Shown here: positions 37,644 to 45,600 of the stretch, piece after piece
Position numbering within the stretch: the first letter of the stretch is position 1
Layout of the letters: the number at the start of each line of letters is the position of its first letter
Assembly (NCBI GenBank): GCA_028282785.1
Contig: JANQHE010000056.1
Span: forward strand, 23,012 to 87,011
Reading direction: 5' to 3'
Length of the DNA stretch: 64,000 nt
Source of the DNA: Bacteroidales bacterium
GTDB taxonomy: Bacteria > Bacteroidota > Bacteroidia > Bacteroidales > UBA12077
Program-made: the position numbers and the translations under genes
The notes under the pieces: generated by a model
Databases searched by the model: none
What the model saw: only the letters and a program-made list of their open reading frames with translations
What the model was told of the DNA's origin: nothing

Positions 37644-38835
37644 AAAACATTTAATTGCAATATTTCTTTTTTTTCCAGTTTTACTCTTTTCGCAAAAGTT
37701 TAAAATTGAAGAGATAAAACCGTTTATTGATTTTGAAAATGAAAAATATTCAATTGTTATTGAATCCTTAGATAATTTAATTAAAAATAATCCGAAGCCG
37801 GAATTTTATAAGTTGCTTGCAGAAACTTACTACAAATTAGAAGATTATGAGAATGCTTTGGTCCTTTGTGATAAACTTGATAAATTAAAACCTAATTACG
37901 CAAGTTGTTTAAGGCTAAGAATTTATCTTGAAAAAGGCGATAAAAACAGGTTAAAGGAAGTATTAAATACAAACCTTAAATCATTTTATAAAATTCCTTT
38001 GTACGAAATACTCAGTTCTGAAGAATTTGTGTTACTGTCAAATTATAATTTAGATGATTATGTTTTATCATCAGGTTATTATTCTCAAACTGAAAAACAA
38101 CTATATCAGGTCGAACGATTGATTTATGAGAAGAACAACAAACAGGCTTTATTTATTACTGATGAAATAATTACAAGGAACTGGAATGTTTCTGATGCTC
38201 ATTATTTTAAAAGCTTAATTTTGCTAATTGAAAAGGATATTCAAGGAGCCAAAAGAGAAATAAACCTGGCAATTAGCCTAAAAAAATCGGAACCTAGGTA
38301 TTACATTCAAAGAATCAGTGTTTTTAATGAGTTACATAATTATGAATTAGCTTTATCAGATATGAACAGGTTAATTCGATTGATTCCGTATGAAATTGAT
38401 CATTATATACAAAAAGCAGATTTACTTTTCAAAACAGAATATTATGATGAGGCCCAAAAGCTTTCAGCTTCAATTTTGGAAGTAAAACCAAATAATCCTG
38501 ATGTACTTTATTTAAATAGTAAAGCTTATTTTAGGAACAAAGATTATCATACTGCTCTAAAACAGATTAATAGGGCCTTTGAACATAAAAGCAATAAAGA
38601 GTTTTTTGAATTAAGAGGAGATATATATTCTGTCACAGGTACATACCAATATGCTATTCAGGATTATTCAATGTATCTCGATATTTACCCAAGATCCGGT
38701 GATATTTATAATAAAAAGGGAATGGCCAGGTATAAGTTAGGAGATAAAAAAGGTGCATGTTATGACTGGGAAAGGGGAAAAAGATATGGGAGTTACGAAG
38801 CGGTTGAAAATTTTGAAAAACATTGTTTGGATTAA
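37636..38835 (+). CDS. Tetratricopeptide-repeat protein with signal peptide
   Basis: The ATG at 37636 overlaps the upstream stop (ATGAATAA). [20 protein letters not shown] is followed by multiple 34-aa TPR units (e.g. [26 protein letters not shown]). Confidence 0.8.
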   Translation: MNKKHLIAIFLFFPVLLFSQKFKIEEIKPFIDFENEKYSIVIESLDNLIKNNPKPEFYKLLAETYYKLEDYENALVLCDKLDKLKPNYASCLRLRIYLEKGDKNRLKEVLNTNLKSFYKIPLYEILSSEEFVLLSNYNLDDYVLSSGYYSQTEKQLYQVERLIYEKNNKQALFITDEIITRNWNVSDAHYFKSLILLIEKDIQGAKREINLAISLKKSEPRYYIQRISVFNELHNYELALSDMNRLIRLIPYEIDHYIQKADLLFKTEYYDEAQKLSASILEVKPNNPDVLYLNSKAYFRNKDYHTALKQINRAFEHKSNKEFFELRGDIYSVTGTYQYAIQDYSMYLDIYPRSGDIYNKKGMARYKLGDKKGACYDWERGKRYGSYEAVENFEKHCLD

Positions 38836-39575
38836 AATCCATAAATTGTAAATCCACCATCAATACTTATACATTGCCCGGTAATATAAGCCGCAGCTGG
38901 CATGCATAAGAAAGCAACAGCAGCTGCTACATCCTTAGGATCTCCAATTTTTTTCATTGGTGTTCTATTAATAACTTCATCATAATATTCCTTATTTTTT
39001 AATACAGATTCTGCTAATGGCGTTTTTATATACCACGGTGCAACCGCATTTACCCTGATTCTATCTTCGGCCCATTCCGCAGCAAGATTTTTAGTAAGTT
39101 GAATCATTGCCGCTTTTGTCATTCCATAAATTGATCCTGTTCGTATGTGTTTTTGTCCTGCAACCGATGAAATATTTATAATATTTCCCTGCGTAGATTT
39201 TTTTAAAAGAGGATAGCAAAGACGGCTTAACTCGAAAGCGGAAAGTAAGTTAGTATTTATAATCTTATCATATTCTTCTTTTGAATATTCATCTGTTTTT
39301 TTGCGAATATTCATTCCAACATTATTAACCAAAATATCAAGGTAACCCCAATCTTGCTTTATTTTAGTTATAAGTCTTTCCGGTTTCTTTATCTTACTTA
39401 GATCTGTCTTTATAAAATGGGCTTTATCGTTTAAAAGCTCTTTAGGCTCATTTCTTGACACTATTATTACGCTTGCGCCTAATTCAATAAATTCTTTGGC
39501 AATAGCCGATCCGATTCCTTTAGTTCCTCCGGTAATTAAAGCTTTTTTATTTGAAAGATTCCATCGGTTATTCAT
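38832..39575 (-). CDS. SDR family oxidoreductase (tropinone-reductase-like)
   Basis: [17 protein letters not shown] and YGMTKAA (YxxxK). Confidence 0.85.
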   Translation of the reverse strand: MNNRWNLSNKKALITGGTKGIGSAIAKEFIELGASVIIVSRNEPKELLNDKAHFIKTDLSKIKKPERLITKIKQDWGYLDILVNNVGMNIRKKTDEYSKEEYDKIINTNLLSAFELSRLCYPLLKKSTQGNIINISSVAGQKHIRTGSIYGMTKAAMIQLTKNLAAEWAEDRIRVNAVAPWYIKTPLAESVLKNKEYYDEVINRTPMKKIGDPKDVAAAVAFLCMPAAAYITGQCISIDGGFTIYGF

Positions 39576-40065
39576 TCACTCTGTTTTTTGTTGGCCGGTA
39601 AAAGTATATATCACCTTGAATGATTTGATTTAAATTTAATACGTTCACACCAACTTTTCTACCTGAGAATTCTGTGTTTTGATGAGCAATTTCATAAATA
39701 CCTTTTTCTAAAACCTTATAAACTATTGCAGTATGATGTGTCATAATTGAGGTGTAGGTAGTATTTCCTTCCGTATATTGTGTTTTTACATTTTCGAACT
39801 GAATCAGGTCACCCGGAAATACTTCATCTTTTGAAGGATCAATAAGGTTTCCATAAACATAAGCCATATCCCAATCAGCTTCCACTTTTGTTAGTGCTTG
39901 ATATGCAAGATCCCAACATTCTCCTCGGTCCACTTTTTTCCCTTTCACTGTTTTTACATATTTTACAATCTCCTTATTTAAAACAGGAATTTTATTTTGG
40001 GCATAGCATGTTCCGGTAAATAAAAGGGCCGATATCAATATGGTAAGTGTTTTTATATTTTTCAT
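39568..40065 (-). CDS. Secreted papain-fold (CHAP/NlpC-P60-like) protein
   Basis: Signal peptide; [11 protein letters not shown] (candidate nucleophile Cys) and a downstream HHTAIVYKV (candidate His). It overlaps the SDR start by 8 nt. Confidence 0.45.
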   Translation of the reverse strand: MKNIKTLTILISALLFTGTCYAQNKIPVLNKEIVKYVKTVKGKKVDRGECWDLAYQALTKVEADWDMAYVYGNLIDPSKDEVFPGDLIQFENVKTQYTEGNTTYTSIMTHHTAIVYKVLEKGIYEIAHQNTEFSGRKVGVNVLNLNQIIQGDIYFYRPTKNRVNE

Positions 40066-40127
40066 AGCTAAAGTTATTTATTAATTTAAAACACCATGAT
40101 CTCTGAATTGTTTTAACTAAGTAAAAA

Positions 40128-42344
40128 CTATTTTTTTACGGTTATTATACCATCTCCTTTTGCAACACAACTTCCAATATGTGAGGCGTTTTCAATTCCT
40201 GCTTCAATTAATTTTCCCAGTACTTCATCTTTTTGAGACATTGGAACCGTAAACAATAATCCACCGGAAGTTTGAGCGTCGCATAAAATAGATTTTTCCA
40301 AATCGGATATATTATCATTCCAGTCAATGTACTTTGAAAAATACTTAAGATTGTTTAATGTACCACCAGGAATATGGTTGCTAGCTGCAAACTCCTTAGC
40401 TTCTTCGATTATGGGAATTTTATCGAAGGCTATCTCAACATCCATTTTACTTGCAAGAGTTAGTTCGCTTAAATGTCCCATTAAACCAAAACCTGTTATA
40501 TCAGTACATGAGTTTATAATAAATTGATTCATTACTTCCGCAGAATATCTGTTTAAGGTCGACATAATTCTTACAACATTTTGTTCAGTCTCCCTATTAA
40601 CTAAACCTCGTTTTAAGGCAGTTGTTATAATCCCTAGCCCAATTGGTTTGGTTAAAATTATTGCATCATTAACCTGGGCATTTGCATTGGTCCAGAATTT
40701 GTCCGGATGAATAATTCCGTTGACAACCATTCCAAATTTAGGTTCCGGATCATCAATTGTATGCCCTCCAACAATATTAATTCCGGCTTCGTGTGCTTTA
40801 TCATTAGCTCCTTTTAAAATTTCCTGCAATACTTCTATGGGTAACCTGTTTGACGGAAAACCAACAATATTTAGTGCAAATAATGGTTTAGCTCCCATGG
40901 CATATATATCACTTAATGCATTAGCTGCCGCTATTGCTCCGAAATCATAAGGATCATTTACAATCGGTGTAAAGAAATCCGTTGTTTGAACCAACGCGGT
41001 TTCTTCATTGATTTTATAAACAGCGGCATCATCCGATTTGCTATTATCAATTAAGACATTAGGATCATTAACCGGCGGTAAACCTTTTAATATTTTTTCG
41101 AGTTCCTGTGGCCTTAATTTGCAAGCACAACCAAGCCCCTGGGTATATTTCGTTAACTTAATGCCTGAAAAATCAGGTGTTAACTCCTTTAATTCCTTTG
41201 TATCCAGGTTGAATTTATTTACTGCATCAATGATAATTTTTGAAGCACGGTTAATTTCGTCTTCGGTTGTATTCTTACCAACAGAAAACCGAATGGTCCC
41301 CATAGCATAGTTTATATTTAATTTTATGGCAGAAAGGACAGAGGATACATCCACAGAATCAGTATGACAAGCAGCGCCTGCTGAAGCTGCAATTCCCTTT
41401 AATTCTAATTCATTTAATAAAATATTGGCTTCAATTTTTGGAAAACTAATATTTAACGTATTTGGTAATCTCCTTTCCGGATGTCCGTTAAGTTTTATTT
41501 CAGGTATTTCCTTTTTTAAATTACTAAATAATAAATTTCTTACGGAATGCATATGGGTAATATTTCTGTACAGATATCGGTGGGCAATATCACAAGCCTT
41601 TCCTAATCCCACAATTTCAAGAACATTTTCTGTCCCGGCTCTTTTATTTTGCTCATGGTCAGCACCATGAATTAACTTTTCCAATTGAATCCCATCCTTA
41701 ATATAAAGTGCTCCGATTCCTTTAGGTGCATATAATTTATGTCCTGCAATCGATAATAGATCCACTCCCATTTCTTTTACATCCACAGGATATTTCCCCG
41801 TTGATTGAGCAGCATCGGTATGAAAGTAGATACTATTTTTTTTTGCGATTTTTGCTATTTCAGATAATGGTTGAATAGTTCCGATTTCGTTATTAGCGTG
41901 CATTACTGTTATTAGGACAGTTTGTTTAGTTATGGCTTTTTCAAGTTTTTCCAAATCGATAATGCCATGTTCATCTACAGGTATATATGAAATTTTAAAC
42001 CCTTTTCTTTCAAGGTATTTACATACTTCAATTACGGCAGGATGCTCAATTGTCGATGTAATTATATGATTACCACGATTTTCATAAGCGTAAACTATAC
42101 CTTTTATAGCGTAATTGTTTGATTCGGAACCACCACTAGTGAATATGATCTCATGAGGTTTACAGTTTATAAGAGTTGCAACTTGTTTTCTTGCATTTTC
42201 AACGGCTTTTTTTGTTTCGATACCAAAACTGTGCGAACTGGATGGATTTCCAAAATAATCGGATAAATAAGGTTGCATTGCTTGCACTACTTCCTTATCT
42301 ATTGGGGTAGTGGCATTATAATCTAAATATATTTTCATGTTCAT
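40128..42344 (-). CDS. selD: Fusion protein: NifS/IscS-like cysteine desulfurase (selenocysteine-lyase type) + selenide, water dikinase (selenophosphate synthetase, Cys-type)
   Basis: aa 1-378: class-V aminotransferase with PLP Lys in SIAGHKLYAPKG and active Cys in SAGAACHTD. aa 395-738: SelD with the GLGCACK glycine-rich Cys/Lys loop, DDAAVY, TTDFFTPIVDDP-like and GGHTIDD motifs. The loop Cys codons are TGT/TGC, not TGA. Confidence 0.9.
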   Translation of the reverse strand: MNMKIYLDYNATTPIDKEVVQAMQPYLSDYFGNPSSSHSFGIETKKAVENARKQVATLINCKPHEIIFTSGGSESNNYAIKGIVYAYENRGNHIITSTIEHPAVIEVCKYLERKGFKISYIPVDEHGIIDLEKLEKAITKQTVLITVMHANNEIGTIQPLSEIAKIAKKNSIYFHTDAAQSTGKYPVDVKEMGVDLLSIAGHKLYAPKGIGALYIKDGIQLEKLIHGADHEQNKRAGTENVLEIVGLGKACDIAHRYLYRNITHMHSVRNLLFSNLKKEIPEIKLNGHPERRLPNTLNISFPKIEANILLNELELKGIAASAGAACHTDSVDVSSVLSAIKLNINYAMGTIRFSVGKNTTEDEINRASKIIIDAVNKFNLDTKELKELTPDFSGIKLTKYTQGLGCACKLRPQELEKILKGLPPVNDPNVLIDNSKSDDAAVYKINEETALVQTTDFFTPIVNDPYDFGAIAAANALSDIYAMGAKPLFALNIVGFPSNRLPIEVLQEILKGANDKAHEAGINIVGGHTIDDPEPKFGMVVNGIIHPDKFWTNANAQVNDAIILTKPIGLGIITTALKRGLVNRETEQNVVRIMSTLNRYSAEVMNQFIINSCTDITGFGLMGHLSELTLASKMDVEIAFDKIPIIEEAKEFAASNHIPGGTLNNLKYFSKYIDWNDNISDLEKSILCDAQTSGGLLFTVPMSQKDEVLGKLIEAGIENASHIGSCVAKGDGIITVKK

Positions 42345-42400
42345 TAAGCTTTAGTAAATGGTAAATTTACAAAAGTTGATCTATTTATGACTATTTAAAT

Positions 42401-42434
42401 AAAAAAGAGCTTCGAAATAATTCGAAGCTCTTTT
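42401..42434 (-). terminator. Rho-independent terminator after the PKD-repeat gene
   Basis: 10-bp stem GAGCTTCGAA / TTCGAAGCTC (42407-42416 / 42421-42430), loop ATAA, flanked by A6 and T4 runs. Confidence 0.8.
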
Positions 42435-42451
42435 CTTAAACTTTAGTTCAT

Positions 42452-42697
42452 TTATTGAATGATTAATTTTTCTGTTAGTTTATCATTTCCGGCTTGGATT
42501 ACGATATAATAAATACCACCGGATAATCCAGGATTTCTCCATACGATTTCATGTTCACCAGCGGGTTTATACGTATTTAGTAAAGTAGTAACTATATTTC
42601 CCGAAGCATCAAAAACTGAAATATTTACATTTGTTGTAACGATCAATTTATAATTTAATCTTGTATAATCCTGCATTGGATTAGGAAATACCTTCAT
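42452..42697 (-). other. T9SS type-A C-terminal sorting domain
   Basis: KVFPNPMQDYTRLNY...NISVFDASGNIV...LSGGIYYIVIQ...KLIIQ. Confidence 0.85.
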
Positions 42698-45600
42698 ATC
42701 AGCTCTACTTATAGTTTCAACATCTGATACAGTAACATTTATAACATTTGAAGCATCAGAACTACAACCGGAATCATTAATTACAACAACATGATAATTT
42801 CCATCTGCGGTTGCTGTGTATGTTTGGCTGGTTGCTCCTGAAATTGCTGTTCCATCCTTATACCACTGATATGCATAACCAGAAGTAGATGTTAATACAT
42901 TGTTACTTTCGGTTATAGTTGGTTGATCAGGTTTTGGATTTACGGTTAATGTTAAGCTTACTATACTATCAACACCAATAGCACTGGTAGTAGTTTCAAC
43001 ATAAACGCCAGCTGTAGTTAGATCATTTCCAAAGAAATTATAACTTTCGCCTTGACAGATAGATTCAGAAGCAAGAATTTCATACGGAATATAAACATCA
43101 TCACAATAAGTGTCACTCTGTCCAATTATCTGATCTTCAATTGTTAAACAACACTCATAAATACCTGGTCCGGGGTATACATGTGTTGGTCTTAACGTAT
43201 TTATATCTACTTTAGCTTCTTCTACTGTTTTATCACCAAAACTCCATCTAAGCTTTGAACCACCGCCATGACCAGATCCCCAAATATCAGTCGGTTTGCC
43301 TTTTTCACCAAATTTAGAGGATGTTGTATCTAAAAAGTAAGTAAATGAAGCCTTAATTCCTGCATTACCTTTACCAACATTCACTAATTCATAGTTTTTA
43401 CTCTCACATCCTGTTGTAGAATTATAAATATGTAAACCTACCAGGTAATAGCCTGTATCTGAATATGTATGTTCGGGATTTTGTAATGTTGAAATAGTTC
43501 CATCATCAAATATCCATTCCCATACATCAGGATCTCCGAATGATTTGTCAGTAAATTCAACCGTTTTACTTGCTGAATCCACTGTAAAAATAAATTCTGC
43601 CAGACAGTCCGCATTTGCGTCATCTGACACTTTAATCATTTCGCAAATCGTACTTTCAATTCCATCTGTATTGTAAGCAGTTAAACAAACAAACTGATAT
43701 CCTCCTTCAGTATAGGTATGAACAGGATTTTCATCTGTTAATTTATTATCATCTCCAAAATCCCAAATAAATGAAAGATCTTCACCGTAGGATTCATTAT
43801 AAAATGTAACCGTTCTGGTAGTTGGATCAGTTTGATAGATAAAATCCGCTTGAATATCTTCACCCGGGCTACCGATAAGTAATACTTTTTCGTCATAATC
43901 CATACAACCATTGAGATCATTAAACGTTGTAAGGCTTACTTCATAATAGCCAGGAGCATAATATTGATGTACCGGATTACTTTCTTCGGAAATTGTACCA
44001 TCACCAAATATCCAGAATAAGTGGGTTGCATTTCCTAAACTATTGTTAGTAAAATATGCCATTCTGTTAAGCGAGTCGACATAAACATCAAAATCAGCGT
44101 TACAATCAATAGTTCCTACCTGTATCTCCTTTTCATAATAATCCATGCATAGTCCGGATTCGTCAAATACTGTTAGCGAAACGTTATACATGCCAGGGAA
44201 ATCGAAGGTGTGAGTTGGATTCTCAAGTTCTGATATTTCTCCATCACCAAAGAACCAGAAATAATGTTCTATATTTCCAATTGCATTTTCGGTAAATGAA
44301 ACTGTATTACTTGTTGCATCTGTAATTGAGAAATCGAAATTAGATTTACAATCGGCTGCACCAACCTGTATGAAATCAGCATAGTAGTCTATACAATCAT
44401 TTGCAGAATTTCTTACAGCCAGGCTTACAAGATAAAATCCCGGTTCTTGATAAATATGATTTACATTTTGTTGAGTTGACGTTGTACCATCGCCAAACTC
44501 CCAGAACCAAGAATCAGAGGTTCCAGTAGATATATTAGAGAAATTAACTGATCGTTGCTGAGGATTTATATAATATTCAAACTGTGCCTTAATATTACAA
44601 TCAAAAGTACCTACCTGGATGAATTTACAAATATCTGATTGTTCTCCGGTAGATGAATTATATACAATTAAGCACACTTCATAGATTCCCGGACCAGGAT
44701 AAACGTGTGATGTGTTCTGTTCTTCATCATAAGTTCCATCGCCAAAAATCCAGTACCAATCCGTAGCGCCCATTGATTCATCCATGAAAGTAACTGTATT
44801 AGTACCGGGATCCACAAAGAATGAGAAATCGGCACCAGTCATTGTAGCGGTAGTATCACCTGTAACTATTAGTTCCTTACATTTATAATCGAATGCACCG
44901 GTCATTTCATTATAAACTGATAAACATATTGGATAATAACCAGGCTCATCATAATAATGTGCCGGATCGGGAACCGTATCGTATGTACCATCACCAAATT
45001 CCCAATACCAGTGGGTTACTTCACCTTCAGAATCATCATAAAACTGAACTTCGTTTTCCTGGTGATAAACTACATAGTTAAATTCAGCAATAATATCGAC
45101 GGATCCGACAGTAATTTCCTTACAATACTGGGACATGCATCCGGTACCAGCTTCATCGTACACCGACAAGCAAACGGAATAAACACCAGGATACATATAT
45201 GCATGAGATGGATTTTGCTCCTCGGAAAAACTTCCGTCGCCAAATTCCCAGAACCACGAGTCAAATGAACCAAATGATTGATCGCTTAATACAACAGAAT
45301 TATTCGTATTGTTAACGGTATATACAAATTCGGCATAACACTCAACCGTACCTACCTTAACCATAACATATATCTCATCACTGCAGAAGTTTACAGTATC
45401 TTGAATCATTAAACGTGCTTCAAAAATACCGGCATGAGGATAAGTATGAACAGGATTTTTACGTTCAGAAATAGTACCATCACCCAACTCCCATATATAT
45501 TTCAAATTATCTCCAATAGAATTATTATTAAATGTTACTTCCAGTCCTGTGGTATCATACGTAAATTTAGCAATACAATCAGCAGTTTCCTTCATTACGT

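Noticed and set aside
41100-41140. Possible selenocysteine (TGA) codon in the SelD active-site loop
   Set aside because: The nucleotide sequence reads GGC TTG GGT TGT GCT TGC AAA, so both loop positions are ordinary Cys codons.
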